Positions 11,817-23,540 are shown, numbered from the stretch's first letter. The stretch: DNA of 64,000 bases from an uncultured delta proteobacterium (GCA_963808625.1 CAWEHK010000044.1:1-64000), one strand, 5' to 3'. The notes: generated by a model not told the origin, from the sequence alone. Numbers and translations are program-made.

Positions 11817-11849
11817 AGAGAGGCGAGGTGGACCCTTCCATAAAGACGC

Positions 11850-12458
11850 TTGGCGATACCGGTATTTTTTAGCCTGCAACCTCTGATTCTGGCTTCCGAA
11901 TCGCCGCGCCGCATCCGGCTGTTGCGATCTTTGGGCTTGACTGTCGAGGTCATCCCGAGCGGCATCGAGGAAGGGGACGACCCGAAGCAAGAGCCGAGCA
12001 CACTGGTCGCATGCCGGGCGAAGGAAAAGGCGCAAGCCGTTTCGCGCCTCCATCCCCGGTCCTGGGTGCTGGGTGCCGACACCATCGTAGTCCTTCAGGA
12101 TACAGTCTTTGGCAAACCGGAGACCGCCGAACAGGCGATAGCCATGCTGCAGCAACTCAGCGGTCAGGCGCATCATGTCTTGAGCGGGCTCTGTTTGATG
12201 CGGCTTGACCCACCCTTCGAGCGCGTTACGGTGGTGAGGACCGAAGTTCGGTTCAAGCCCATCAGTGATGGTGAGATTCGGGCTTACGTGCGGACGGGAG
12301 AGCCTCTCGACAAGGCCGGCGCCTATGGCATCCAGGGCAGGGGGGCATTTCTGGTGGAAGCTGTCCAGGGGTCCTACACGAATGTCGTCGGTCTGCCCCT
12401 CTGTGAAACACTTGAATGGCTCATGGAAAAGGAAATCGTGTCTCCTTTCCAGGAGTGA
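11850..12458 (+). CDS. maf: Maf nucleotide pyrophosphatase
   Basis: LILASESPRR, GADTIV, GKP, DKAGAYGIQG and NVVGLP. Confidence 0.93.
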   Translation: MAIPVFFSLQPLILASESPRRIRLLRSLGLTVEVIPSGIEEGDDPKQEPSTLVACRAKEKAQAVSRLHPRSWVLGADTIVVLQDTVFGKPETAEQAIAMLQQLSGQAHHVLSGLCLMRLDPPFERVTVVRTEVRFKPISDGEIRAYVRTGEPLDKAGAYGIQGRGAFLVEAVQGSYTNVVGLPLCETLEWLMEKEIVSPFQE

Positions 12459-12530
12459 CTATCATGCAAGCATAAGCCAATCCTGCTCTTCCAAATCCCG
12501 AAGTTCCTCTCGTATCCTTGCTGGTCAGGT

Positions 12531-12821
12531 TCATTTCCTCTCACGCCAAAACTCGGGTCGACGACGAAGATCTGCAACGGCGACGATTTCGATGTTGCCG
12601 GATTTTACACGATAGATGACACCAAAGGGAAAGCGATGGACCAGACATCGCCTGGTGTTCTTGGACATGGGAGAGCATGCGTCTGGATATTGAATGATGC
12701 GTGAAATTGCCGCATAGACTTCTTGGGCGAAATCCATCCCGAGGCCGCGTCGGCAATCCTCGTAGTAATCAATGGCTTTGTCAAACTCCTTCTCGGCGTC
12801 CTCGTGGAAGGTGAATCTCAT
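12531..12821 (-). CDS. RelE/ParE family toxin
   Basis: FHEDAEKE...RRCLVHRFPFGVIY...IVAVA..RRRPEFW. Confidence 0.85.
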   Translation of the reverse strand: MRFTFHEDAEKEFDKAIDYYEDCRRGLGMDFAQEVYAAISRIIQYPDACSPMSKNTRRCLVHRFPFGVIYRVKSGNIEIVAVADLRRRPEFWRERK

Positions 12822-13051
12822 ATCCCATGCTTTGCTCTGACTTTTCGGAAGACGTCCTTGCCGGGTATGAGCTTTGCCTCCCCCGCCTCGATCCGGGACA
12901 CCCGTTGCTCGGCCTCTTCCGCCCAGAGACGATCGATCTCTTCATCAACCGGTAGGTTGAGACTGGCTAAGAGCCTCTCAATCAGGTCAAGACGGGCGTC
13001 CGCCGGCAGAGACAACGCTTCATCCACAACTCTATCAATTGATGTCGCCAT
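12818..13051 (-). CDS. Addiction module antitoxin (TIGR02574-like)
   Basis: EALSLP..AR..L...LL.SL.....ID..WAEEAE.R; overlaps the toxin start. Confidence 0.82.
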   Translation of the reverse strand: MATSIDRVVDEALSLPADARLDLIERLLASLNLPVDEEIDRLWAEEAEQRVSRIEAGEAKLIPGKDVFRKVRAKHGI

Positions 13052-13279
13052 ATCGAATATCCTCCAACAATCATTCAAGCACAGTGCGCCTCTGCAAAGC
13101 AATCCCTGCATCCATGCGAGACGGAGAATGGCCGAGTTGAGCGTCAAGTCTGCGCCAGGGAGCAGCGGAGCTGGTTAGCCGGGCAAATTCGTCAGTCAAG
13201 CGTTTGGTCCTCGAAGCAGTCCACTCCATAAAAAGATGTGTGGGCAAGCTTGGACCTTCATCAAAGCAACATTGCAGTA

Positions 13280-14809
13280 CTAGCCGAGCTCACCGACCAC
13301 GGCAGCGACCGCCTTGAGGAGAATTCCGCTTTTCATCAGGCGCACCATGGTCTGGATGTCATGGGAGAGGATGCGGTCGTTCTCGAGGTGGGAAACAGCC
13401 TCGCGGATCGTGCGATAGGCAGCCAGGGTCCCCGCCCCCGGCTTGAGGTTCGTAAAAAGGTCCAGGGCTTGCGCGCCGCACAGGAGCTCGATGGCAACGA
13501 CGTATTCGGCATTTTTGACAATCTCCCTGCACTTGCGGGCGGAAATAGGACTCATCGGCACATGGTCCTCTTTATTGGCCGAGGTCGGGATGGAGTCGAC
13601 ACACGCAGGATGGGACAGGATTTTGTTTTCCGAAACGAGAGAGGCTGCCGTGTACTGGGCGATCATGAAACCCGAATTGAGCCCTCCTTTACTCACGAGA
13701 AACGCCGGAAGCCCGCTCAACTGGGGATTCACCAGCCGCTCGATGCGCCGCTCCGAGATGTTGGCCAACTCCGCCACGGCCATGCAGAGAAAGTTGAGAA
13801 CCAGCCCCACGGGCTGACCATGGAAGTTTCCTCCGAGCAGGAATTCTTCGGAATCCGGAAAGATTAAGGGATTGTTCGTCGAGGAGTTGATCTCGGTTTG
13901 CAGCACCTGCCCGGCGTAGGCGATGGCGTCCTTGCTCGCGCCATGGACCTGGGGCGAGCATCTCAGAGTGTAGGCATCCTGGATGCGACCGCAGTCCCTA
14001 TGGGAGGAGATGATTTCGCTGTTCGCGATGATGCGGCGCATGTTGTCTGCCGCTACAGCCTGACCGGGATGGGGCCGTGCCTGCTGGATTCTGGGGTCAA
14101 ATTCGGTGCGGCTTCCGAGGAGCACTTCAAGGCTCATCGCGGCCGCAATGTCAGCCAGTTTGGAGAGCTCCGCCGCATCGTGAACGGCAAGCCCACCGAG
14201 GGCGGCTGTCATCTGGGTGCCATTCACCAGGGCGAGCCCTTCCGCCGCTTCCAACTGGAGCGGTTCCATGCCGCATTTCCGGAGGGCTTCGGCGCCGGAC
14301 ATCCGCTGCCCTTCATAAAAGGCTTCCCCAAGACCAATCACAACCAGCGACATGTGCGCCAGCGGCGCCAGATCGCCACTGGCTCCCACCGATCCCTTTT
14401 CGGGCACGACAGGGACAATCCCATGGTTAAGCATGTCCACGAGCCTTTGGACTATTCCCAGACTTATGCCCGCATGCCCCCTGGCGAGGTCCTTCACGCG
14501 CAGGGCCATCATCGCGCGAACGGCCTCCTCACTGAGCACATCCCCCACTCCCACCGCATGACTCATGAGGATGTTTTGCTGCAGGAGCCTGGTGTCCTCG
14601 ACAGGAATGGTCACATCGCTCAGCGCCCCGAAGCCGGTGGTTACCCCATAGATGACCCTGCCCTCGGCAAGCCATCGTTCGACGAGGTCTCGAGATCTGG
14701 CAATACGCTGCTCTGATTCCTCGGCAAGGCGAACTGCGGCACCCTCTCGGGCAATCGCCACAAGATCTTCCAGGGTCATTCCATCGACACCCAGCGTGAT
14801 GTTCTTCAT
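13280..14809 (-). CDS. hutH: Histidine ammonia-lyase
   Basis: YGVTTGFG, GSVGASGDLAPLAH (MIO), QDAYTLRC and GGNFHG. Confidence 0.96.
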   Translation of the reverse strand: MKNITLGVDGMTLEDLVAIAREGAAVRLAEESEQRIARSRDLVERWLAEGRVIYGVTTGFGALSDVTIPVEDTRLLQQNILMSHAVGVGDVLSEEAVRAMMALRVKDLARGHAGISLGIVQRLVDMLNHGIVPVVPEKGSVGASGDLAPLAHMSLVVIGLGEAFYEGQRMSGAEALRKCGMEPLQLEAAEGLALVNGTQMTAALGGLAVHDAAELSKLADIAAAMSLEVLLGSRTEFDPRIQQARPHPGQAVAADNMRRIIANSEIISSHRDCGRIQDAYTLRCSPQVHGASKDAIAYAGQVLQTEINSSTNNPLIFPDSEEFLLGGNFHGQPVGLVLNFLCMAVAELANISERRIERLVNPQLSGLPAFLVSKGGLNSGFMIAQYTAASLVSENKILSHPACVDSIPTSANKEDHVPMSPISARKCREIVKNAEYVVAIELLCGAQALDLFTNLKPGAGTLAAYRTIREAVSHLENDRILSHDIQTMVRLMKSGILLKAVAAVVGELG

Positions 14810-16065
14810 ACGATTTCTCTCTGCGGGCAAACCGCCTCCGCTCTTTTGTAGACTCGCACTACCGGCGACACTCCGGCGTGATAAGCCAGAATGGCGGGGC
14901 TATCGCCGTCGAGGAGGACGAAATCGGCGTATTTGCCGACGTCGAGACTTCCCACGCGTTCGGCCATGAGAACAGCATAGGCTGCGTTGAGGGTCGATGC
15001 GACCAGGGCCTCGGAGACGGAAAGGTGCATGTTCAGAACGGAGAGGCCGAACACAAAGGGCATTGATTCCGTATAAGCGGCACCGGGGTTGCAGTCGGTA
15101 GCCAGGGCGAGGGGCAGGCCGAATTCCACCATTCTCCGCGCCGGAGCATACTCTTTTCGCAAGCTGTAAGCGGTTGCCGGAAGAAGGATGGCGATGACGC
15201 CGGCTTGGGCCATGGCTCGAAGGTTGGCATCGCTTGCACGGAGGAGGTGTTCGGCAGAGGTGGCATGGAGCTCAGCAGCGAGGGCGGCACCTCCCACGTC
15301 GTGAACTTCATCGGCGTGGATCTTGAGTCCCAAGCCGGCCTTGCGGGCAGCCTCGAGGACCCGGCGGCTCTGATCAACGGTAAAGACGGCCTCTTCACAA
15401 AAGACATCACAAAACCGGGCGATCGACTGCTTGACGACCGCCGGAATCATCTCATTGACAATTAGGTCCACATAATCATTCGGAGCTCCCGCGTATTCCT
15501 CCGGCACGGCATGAGCTCCCATAAAGGTGGGAATCACGTCGAGAGGCAGCTCTTGGCCGATCCGTTCAATGATTCCGAGCACTTTCAGTTCGGACTCGGT
15601 ATCCAGCCCATAACCGCTTTTGATTTCGAGGGTCGTGGTGCCGAACCTGAGAGCAGAGAGGGCGTGGCGGCGCGTCACGGATAGGAGCTCGTCCTCGGAT
15701 GCGGCCCTCACGGCTCGAACCGACGCAAGGATACCGCCTCCGCGACGAAGTATTTCAAGATAGTCCACTCCTTCGAGTCGCAAAATGAACTCTTCCTCTC
15801 GTCGCGCCGCAAAACACATATGCGTGTGCGGGTCCACGAAACCGGGAATGAGGCAATGCCCACGGCAGTCCACTTCCTCGTCCACCTCGCGGCGAGAAAG
15901 CGTTGTCATCACTTGCTTTTCGTCTCCGATGGCGGTGATTAAACCGCCTTTCGTCAGGATCGCCCCTTTGGGTATGTGGATCACCTCTCCCTGGCGCGTG
16001 CCGGCAAGCGGGGCTCCCCGGTCGATCGGGGTAAAAATGTGGGCGTTCCTGAACAGCTTTCGCAT
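14806..16065 (-). CDS. hutI: Imidazolonepropionase
   Basis: PGFVDPHTH, EIKSGYGL, GAHA, KIHADE and LATDCNPG. Confidence 0.95.
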   Translation of the reverse strand: MRKLFRNAHIFTPIDRGAPLAGTRQGEVIHIPKGAILTKGGLITAIGDEKQVMTTLSRREVDEEVDCRGHCLIPGFVDPHTHMCFAARREEEFILRLEGVDYLEILRRGGGILASVRAVRAASEDELLSVTRRHALSALRFGTTTLEIKSGYGLDTESELKVLGIIERIGQELPLDVIPTFMGAHAVPEEYAGAPNDYVDLIVNEMIPAVVKQSIARFCDVFCEEAVFTVDQSRRVLEAARKAGLGLKIHADEVHDVGGAALAAELHATSAEHLLRASDANLRAMAQAGVIAILLPATAYSLRKEYAPARRMVEFGLPLALATDCNPGAAYTESMPFVFGLSVLNMHLSVSEALVASTLNAAYAVLMAERVGSLDVGKYADFVLLDGDSPAILAYHAGVSPVVRVYKRAEAVCPQREIV

Positions 16066-16283
16066 CACTTCCTCTTAACTCAATCGGTAAACCAACGGTT
16101 CCGCCTGGGTGACATGAGAAGCCCGGTTCGGCCTGTGTGACTTGAAAGGCTTTGAGCGTCGAGCACCTTGGCGGGTTGGAAAACCCGCCCTCCTTTTGGG
16201 TGATTGTGTAGCACCCTGAGGGGTGACGGCATGAGCCATATCGTTGGTTGGAACCCCCCTCTTTAGAGTCTGATTAGTGAGTC

Positions 16284-16446
<163 letters not shown>

Positions 16447-18153
16447 TTACTTTTTAACCATCGGCATCTTAACCCCCCGTTCGGCTGCCACCTCCACGGC
16501 CCGTTCATATCCCGCGTCTGCGTGCCGGATCACACCCATGGCCGGGTCGTTGCGAAGGACCGTCAGGGCGCGCAACTCGCCTTCATCCGTTCCGTCCACA
16601 ACCGTCACCTGGCCGGCATGAAGCGCGTAACCGATCCCCACGCCCCCGCCGTCATGAAAAGCGACCCAGCTCGCCCCCGAAGCCACATTGACCATGGCAT
16701 TCAGGATGGCCCAGTCAGCAACGATATCGGATCCATCCCGCATGGCTTCGGTTTCACGATTGGGAGAGGCGACGGACCCGCAGTCGAGGTGGTCCCGGCC
16801 GATGACGATCGGGGCCTTGACCATCACTTTGCGCACCAGGTCGTTGAAAAGCTTTCCGGCCTTGTCCCGTTCTCCATAACCCAGCCAGCAGATCCTTGCC
16901 GGGAGGCCCATATGGGGAACCTTCGCCGCCGCCATGGTGAGCCACCGGACCATCCTTTCCTTGTGCGGGAAAGCCTCCATAAGCGCCTGATCAGTCACCA
17001 CGATATCCTGGGGATCACCGGAGAGGGCTGCCCACCGGAAGGGACCTTCCCCCTCGCAGAAGAGCGGACGAATATAGGCCGGAACAAACCCGGGGTAGTC
17101 GAAGGCATCTTTGACTCCCCTTTTATGGGCCTGGCCACGCAAATTATTGCCGTAATCAAAGGCAACCGCTCCCCTCCTTTGCATCTCGAGAATGGTCCGG
17201 CAATGCAAGGCCATGGAATCCAGAGCCATTTCCACGTAACGATCAGGATCGGACTTGCGAAGCGCAAGGGCTTCTTCATAGGGGATTCCGGCCGGGACAT
17301 ACCCGTTCAGTTCATCGTGAGCGCTCGTCTGGTCGGTAACGACATCAGGGATGAAACCCATGGCGACCATTCTCGGGAGGACCTCCGCGGCATTCCCGAG
17401 CAGCCCGATGGAAAGAGGCTGCTTCCGCTCCGCAGCATTTCTGCTCATGCGCACCGCCTCCTCGAGGTCCTCGGTCATGGTATCCAGATAGCCCGTGTGC
17501 AGGCGGCGTTCAATGCGGGCGAGATCGACCTCGATACAGATGAGTACGCCCTCGTTCATGGTTACCGCCAGCGGCTGCGCCCCTCCCATACCGCCAAGGC
17601 CGCCGCTCACCACGATTCTTCCTCCGAGGGTCCCGTGCCAGTGCCGTTGCGCGAGGGATGCAAGGGTCTCGTAAGTTCCCTGAAGGATCCCCTGCGTCCC
17701 GATGTAGATCCATGAACCCGCTGTCATTTGGCCATACATCATGAGGCCTTTCCGCTCCAGGTCATGGAAGTGCTCCCAATCAGCCCAGCGGGGCACGAGA
17801 TTCGAGTTCGCGATCAGCACCCGAGGCGACCAGGAGTGCGTCCTGAGAATGCCCACCGGCTTTCCCGACTGGACCAGCAGGGTTTCATCATTTTCGAGCT
17901 CCAGAAGGGAGCGCACGATCGCGTCGAAGCAGTCCCAGTTTCTGGCAGCCCGCCCCGTTCCGCCGTAGACAATGAGCTCATCGGGCTTCTCTCCACACTC
18001 GGGATCCAGGTTATTGCACAGCATCCTCAGAGCCGCTTCCTGCTGCCAGCCTTTGCAGTGCAGCTCGACGCCGCGGGGGGCCCTGACCCGTCGGGGTTTG
18101 CCGGAGCCTATTTGGAGATCTTGCAAGAGACGTTCTTTCGAGGATGTATTCAT
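16447..18153 (-). CDS. hutU: Urocanate hydratase
   Basis: [32 protein letters not shown] and [18 protein letters not shown]. Confidence 0.97.
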   Translation of the reverse strand: MNTSSKERLLQDLQIGSGKPRRVRAPRGVELHCKGWQQEAALRMLCNNLDPECGEKPDELIVYGGTGRAARNWDCFDAIVRSLLELENDETLLVQSGKPVGILRTHSWSPRVLIANSNLVPRWADWEHFHDLERKGLMMYGQMTAGSWIYIGTQGILQGTYETLASLAQRHWHGTLGGRIVVSGGLGGMGGAQPLAVTMNEGVLICIEVDLARIERRLHTGYLDTMTEDLEEAVRMSRNAAERKQPLSIGLLGNAAEVLPRMVAMGFIPDVVTDQTSAHDELNGYVPAGIPYEEALALRKSDPDRYVEMALDSMALHCRTILEMQRRGAVAFDYGNNLRGQAHKRGVKDAFDYPGFVPAYIRPLFCEGEGPFRWAALSGDPQDIVVTDQALMEAFPHKERMVRWLTMAAAKVPHMGLPARICWLGYGERDKAGKLFNDLVRKVMVKAPIVIGRDHLDCGSVASPNRETEAMRDGSDIVADWAILNAMVNVASGASWVAFHDGGGVGIGYALHAGQVTVVDGTDEGELRALTVLRNDPAMGVIRHADAGYERAVEVAAERGVKMPMVKK

Positions 18154-18169
18154 GGTCGACACCTCTTTG

Positions 18170-18300
18170 GAGAAGACGGAGGAGACAGGAGACAGGAGTC
18201 AGAAGACGGAAGTCAGAAGAGAGAGACAGGAGACAGGAGACAGGAGGAGACGGAAGTCGAAGACGGAATACAGAGGCGGACAGAAATCAGAAGTCGGAAA
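18170..18300. repeat. Heptamer tandem repeat (GGAGACA/GAAGTCA type)
   Basis: Degenerate 7-bp units upstream of hutU. Confidence 0.8.
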
Positions 18301-18457
18301 ATGGAAAAGGATGTTTGCTTATATTACCCTGCTCTGACACCATAAATTATATAATAACCCTCCAGAAGTTAACACGGTTAAACCAGAAGTAAGAAGAGAG
18401 AAAACAACAGACAAGAAGTTAGCAGAGACGAGGCACATTAGAGAAGTCAGGAGCAAA

Positions 18458-19679
18458 ATGGAAACAATCCGTAGCCACCTTCTGTCCAGGCAGCAGGAAA
18501 TGTTGGCGCTGATAGAGCGCCTCGTGAATATCGACAGCGGTTCCTACTGGAAGCAAGGCATCGATGCATGCGGTCGGATCGTGGCGGAGGAATTGGCATC
18601 TCTCGGGTTCGGAACCTCGATCATCGCCGAGACGGAGGGGGGTGACCACGTGCGCGCGGAGCGTCCGCACCCCATCAACCATCAACCATCAACCATCAAC
18701 CATCAACCGCCTTGTGGTGACCACGTGCCCGCGGAGCGTCCGGGAAAGGGCAGTAAAACGCTCTTCCAGTCCGCCCATCTGGACACCGTCTTTCCCGTGG
18801 GAACAGTGGCCGCGAGTCCCTTTCGCATTGAAGGCGGACTGGCATACGGGCCGGGTGTGGGCGACATGAAGGGGGGTATCGTGCAGATGCTCTATGCCCT
18901 GAAAGTGCTGCGTGATCTGGGCCTGAGCACGCCTCCCATAGCCGTTTTCCTGACCGGTGATGAAGAGATCGGAAGCCTCAAGGGGCGTCCCTACATCGAG
19001 GCCATTGCCCGAGAATCTTCGTGGGTTCTGGTCATGGAGCCGTCATCCGAGCCGGGGTCTGTGGGAATTCGCCGCTGGGGGCTCGGCTCTTTTTCGCTCA
19101 GGATTCACGGCCGTGCCGCTCACGTGCTCGAACCTGCTTCACACGGGGTAAACGCTTCCCGGGAGCTTGCGCTGAAAATCCTTGCGTTGGAATCCCTGAG
19201 CGACCCTGTACGCGGCGTGAAAGTCTCGGTTAATCTGGTAAGGGGCGGCCGCTCCCGGCAGGTAACGGCGGCCGAAGCTCGGGCTGAAATTGATGTTCGT
19301 GTTCGCAATTCAGAACACATGGAAGAGGTCGAGGCGAAGGTGAGGGAAGTCGCCGGCAGCCCAATTCTACAAGGGATTAGTTTGGAGCTCACCGGAAAGC
19401 TTACCCGCCCGCCCCTGGAACCAAATCCCGGGACCGAGCTCCTCCTGCTGCTGGCAACAGAGGTAGCGAAAGAGCTCGGGATGGATTTGCATCCGATCGA
19501 CGGAGTACGGAGGGTCGGACGGCTGTTTTACGGGCGCTCTCGGAGTTGCCACTCTCGACGGTATGGGGCCGCTCACCTACGATATGTGTGGCGATACCGA
19601 GCGCATCGAGATCGCCAGTCTCGTTCCTCGAACCGCGCTCTTGGCCGGTATCATAGCACGCCTGGCCAACGACCCTTGA
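18458..19679 (+). CDS. M20 family metallopeptidase (glutamate carboxypeptidase-like; frameshift near C-terminus)
   Basis: HLDTVF, GPGVGDMKGG, DEEIGS and GGSDG...LDGMGP in the shifted frame. Confidence 0.88.
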
Positions 19680-19916
19680 ATTGTCCTGACAACGGAAAGC
19701 ACCGGCTGAATCGCGACACGGAATTTCGCTGTCACGGGTTGGTTATTGTCGAATCAGGCGATCGTCTATAAAATGAACAGGATCGCTCCAATAGTGGTCA
19801 GAGATCAACGTCCGCCTGGCTGAATTGTCCTCACGCGCGGTTGTGGAAATGCCATGGAACCCCGCGCGCAGGTCTGGGCTCGGCCGCGGCGCAATCATCG
19901 GAAGGAGAGCGGTATA

Positions 19917-20261
19917 ATGAAGGTTATTAACTACCGGGATGAGGAAGCGAAGGTCTTTGGGAGCCCTGCAAAGGACACCGTGGGGCGAGTGGTTGCTGGC
20001 AAGGCTGATGGAGCCAGTTTCTGTATGCGTGTCTTCGAACTGACACCAGGGGGCTACACACCGTGCCACAGTCACCCCTGGGAGCACCAGCAGTTCATTC
20101 ATGCGGGACGCGGCAGCGTGCTGCGGGAGGGCCAGTGGGTGGAATTTGGTCCGGGCGATGTCCTTTACATTCCCCCCAATGAAGAGCACCAGTTGAAGAA
20201 TACCGGACAGGAACTCCTGGTCCTCGTCTGACTGGTCCCAGCCATTGCTCCGGAGCTCTAG
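19917..20261 (+). CDS. Cupin domain protein, probable selenoprotein (UGA at 20229)
   Basis: Cupin motifs TPCHSHPWEH and PPNEEHQ. The UGA falls where the family has Cys (xxCxxP), and a SECIS-like stem follows. Confidence 0.75.
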
Positions 20262-20393
20262 CAAGACTCGAGCAAAGGGCTACTGGTCCAGGTGGACCAG
20301 GCAAGGTGCTCGTTCCAGTCATTACCTTTGAAATTTTTCTTTTTGCCGCGGAGAACATGGCGCAGCCGGAGGTTGCAACCGAGTGAGTTACTA

Positions 20394-20528
20394 AGAGACT
20401 GCCCAAAAATAACCTGCACACATATCGAGCCCGTTTTCAAACCACGGAGACACACGGAAGACACGAAGAAATCACTCTTGATATTTTGTGTCTCTCTACG
20501 TTTGTTCCGGATTCCGTGGTAAAAGAAG
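20394..20528. repeat. CACGAAG nonamer-repeat element (copies also at 38424-38537, 49768-50030 and 61796-61890)
   Basis: Shared gagactg(c/t)ccaaaaa.aac.tgcac.cat end and ACCACGAAG..CTTCGTGGT inverted arms. Confidence 0.7.
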
Positions 20529-20621
20529 ACCACTTTATTGTTAGACGCCCCTTACTAACCAGGTCAGCGAGCATGAAGCGCTCCAGTACAGTGAGGCAGG
20601 TCCGCATCGAGTCAGCCGGTA

Positions 20622-21671
20622 TCACACGACATGAATCTCCGGCCGAACGGGACGGTAGGCCTCACCAATGGCGCGGGCAGCCTTCACCCCGGCGGCGTGG
20701 AGTGCTTCAACCAGGCGCTGAGATCGATCTGCCGCCACAGCCAGGAGCAGCCCTCCGGAAGTCTGGGGGTCAAAGAGGAGTTCTTCCTGCTCCCTGGACA
20801 ACTTCACCGCCATGCGCAAACGATCTTGAACCAGTTTCCGGTTGGCCGCGTTGCTGCCCGTAGTCTCGCCCTTGCGGTACATGGCCTGCGCGTTCGGGTA
20901 TATCGGCAGGGCAGAGAAGTCGAGCCGGATGCCGAGACGGCTTCCCACCGCCATCTCCTGGGCGTGCCCCAGGAGGCCGAACCCGGTGACGTCGGTGCAG
21001 GCGCTGATCTCGAACGGCAAAGCCACTTCCAGGGCGAGGCGATTGAGCGCCGCCACCTCGGTTAAAACCGGCTCGAGTTCGCTCCATGGGAGTTTCCTCG
21101 AGCGGGCTGCATTGAACAGCACACCGGTGCCGATGGGTTTGGTTAAGATCAGCACATCACCCGGCCGAACGCCGGTGTTGGTGAGAATGCGTCGGGGATT
21201 CACCAGTCCCGTTACCGCCAGGCCGTACTTGGGTTCTTCGTCGTCAACCGAATGCCCGCCGCAAAGCGACGCCCCTGCTTCGGCAACCTTTTCGTAGCCT
21301 CCCTGAAGAATACCCCGCAAGACTTCCAGGCCCAGCTTCTTGGACGGAAACATCACCAGACTGAGTGCCGTCAGGGGCCGCCCCCCCATGGCATAGACGT
21401 CCGAAAGGGAGTTGGCTGCGGCGATGCGACCGAACCACACGGGGTCATCCACCGGCGGCGTAATGAAATCGACCGTGGAAACGATGGCGTGATCCCCATT
21501 CAGGCGGTACACCGCAGCGTCGTCATTGGTTTCAAAGCCCACCAGCACATTGGGATCGGTTGGCGGGGGAAACCCCTTGAGCACCTCCGACAGGACCGTC
21601 GGACCGATCTTGGCGGCTCACCCACAGGTCCTGGCAAGGCCCGTCAGCGTCTTTTTGCGAGAAAACAGCAC
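20622..21671 (-). CDS. selD: Selenophosphate synthetase, Sec-containing
   Basis: DDAAVY, TVDFITP, GGHS, LTKPIGTG and DPQTSGGLL. The N-terminus TCG-U-AAKIG extends through a UGA at 21620-21618. Confidence 0.93.
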
Positions 21672-22106
21672 GTTCTTTCAATCCTTTCACGGGAGATTAC
21701 GAAGTCATCACAAAAGCTATTATGTTTACCGTCTGATGCGTAAACAGCAAAATTCATTTTTCCGATCATTGTCAAGACTTCCCATCGGAAAAATCAATCT
21801 TGCACCGGCCCCCCGCCATCCGGACGGAAGAAGCAACGACTTGATCACCTGGAATGGAGTATGTCAACGAGAAAGGCATGCAAAGCCTTGTGGATGATTC
21901 CATCCCGTCTCGGAATTTTTTTCTGTTTAACATCGAAACTTTTTCCGGATTTCTTATCTTTACCCTGGAGGATAAAGACATGAAGATCATTGATGCTTAA
22001 AACATCTGGAGGCGCATTGCAGAATCAAGTTATTAGAAGAGTGGAGAACCATGCTTACTTTCACCCTGACGAACGCCAAGGTTTTTGCTTCAGGAGGGAA
22101 CTAGCG

Positions 22107-23225
22107 ATGCAGACAGGTAATTTACTGAACCGCAAAACCACCCTGCTCATAATAGGGTCACTGATCGCCATTTCAATCGTAATGCCCACCGCTGGACGAA
22201 CTGCTGATCAGACGGGACATTCGAAGGAAACGGTCCGCCTGGAAGAAGTCGCCCGTTCAGACCGCCAGTGGACAGGTGTTGCCGTAGCGAGAGATGGCCG
22301 GATCTTCGTCAACTATCCGTTTTGGTCGGAATCTCCTCCCACCATTTCAGTCGCTGTGCTTTCGAAAACCGGGGAGCCTTCCCCGTATCCGAATGAAGAA
22401 TGGAATAGCTGGGACCCGTCAAAGTCGCCAAAGGATCATTTCGTATGCGTTCAAAGCGTCTACACGGATAAGAAGGGCTACCTTTGGATCTTGGATTCTG
22501 CCAATCCAAGATTTCAGGGCGTGGTAAAGGATGGTCCGAAACTGCTTCGGATCGATACCGAATTGAACGCCATCGCACAGACCATTTATTTCGACGAATC
22601 GATCGCCCCGAAAGGGAGTTACCTGAACGATGTCAGGGTGGATTCGCAAAGGGATTACGCGTACATCACGGATTCCGGGCTGGGGGCCATCATTGTCGTG
22701 GATCTTGCGACAGAGACAGCTCGAAGAGTGCTTTCAAGTCATCCGTCTACCAAGTCAGAAGGAGTGAAGATCGTAATCGACGGCAAAGAATGGAGGCGAG
22801 CGGACGGCACCATCCCCCAGGTTCACTCTGACGGGATCGCCCTTGATCCGGCAAATCAATATCTTTACTACCAGGCACTCACCGGCCGTCGACTCTATCG
22901 GATCGATACCGCCTGGCTTCGAAGCGACGCTCTTACGGAACAGGAACTTGGGAAAAAGGTACAGTTTGTAGCGAAAACGGGCGTTGCCGATGGGATCATC
23001 TTTGGTCTCGATGGCAGACTGTATCTGAGCGGATTGGAAGAGAAAGCGATCAAAGCGTACACCATCGGAAAAACCGTTGGAGTCGTGGTAAAAGATCCCC
23101 TCCTGGAATGGCCGGATAGTTTTTCCATTGGGCCGGATGGATCGCTTTATGTGACGACTTCTCAAATCAATCTGGGGCCGAATCCACCGACACCATACCG
23201 TATATTCAAGCTGAAAGGACGTTGA
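22107..23225 (+). CDS. Major royal jelly / L-dopachrome tautomerase-related beta-propeller protein, exported
   Basis: GRIFVNYP, LWILDS, YLNDVRVD, AYITDSG, SDGIAL and WPDSF; signal peptide. Confidence 0.82.
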   Translation: MQTGNLLNRKTTLLIIGSLIAISIVMPTAGRTADQTGHSKETVRLEEVARSDRQWTGVAVARDGRIFVNYPFWSESPPTISVAVLSKTGEPSPYPNEEWNSWDPSKSPKDHFVCVQSVYTDKKGYLWILDSANPRFQGVVKDGPKLLRIDTELNAIAQTIYFDESIAPKGSYLNDVRVDSQRDYAYITDSGLGAIIVVDLATETARRVLSSHPSTKSEGVKIVIDGKEWRRADGTIPQVHSDGIALDPANQYLYYQALTGRRLYRIDTAWLRSDALTEQELGKKVQFVAKTGVADGIIFGLDGRLYLSGLEEKAIKAYTIGKTVGVVVKDPLLEWPDSFSIGPDGSLYVTTSQINLGPNPPTPYRIFKLKGR

Positions 23226-23540
23226 GGCTGCTAATTTAATCGTGCCGATCAACCGTTTCGACAGGTGTTGTGAACGCCCCTGGCCGGGCTCTCAGGAGCA
23301 GTGAGGGACGGCTCATCGAGGACATCATCCAGCATACGGCGCCTCTCAATCAACCATAAGAAAAGAATGCATCGAATCCGGCATCTCCTGAAGCTGCATC
23401 TCCTGATTGACTCCATTGAAATCTAAGCGTATCTTACCGATACGAGTTCATGCTTTCGAGTCAAAATATGGCTGATTGGCCCGTTTTAGAAACATAAGTT
23501 GATCTGGTCCGAATCCTTCTCTACAGGAAGGAGCCAAGAA

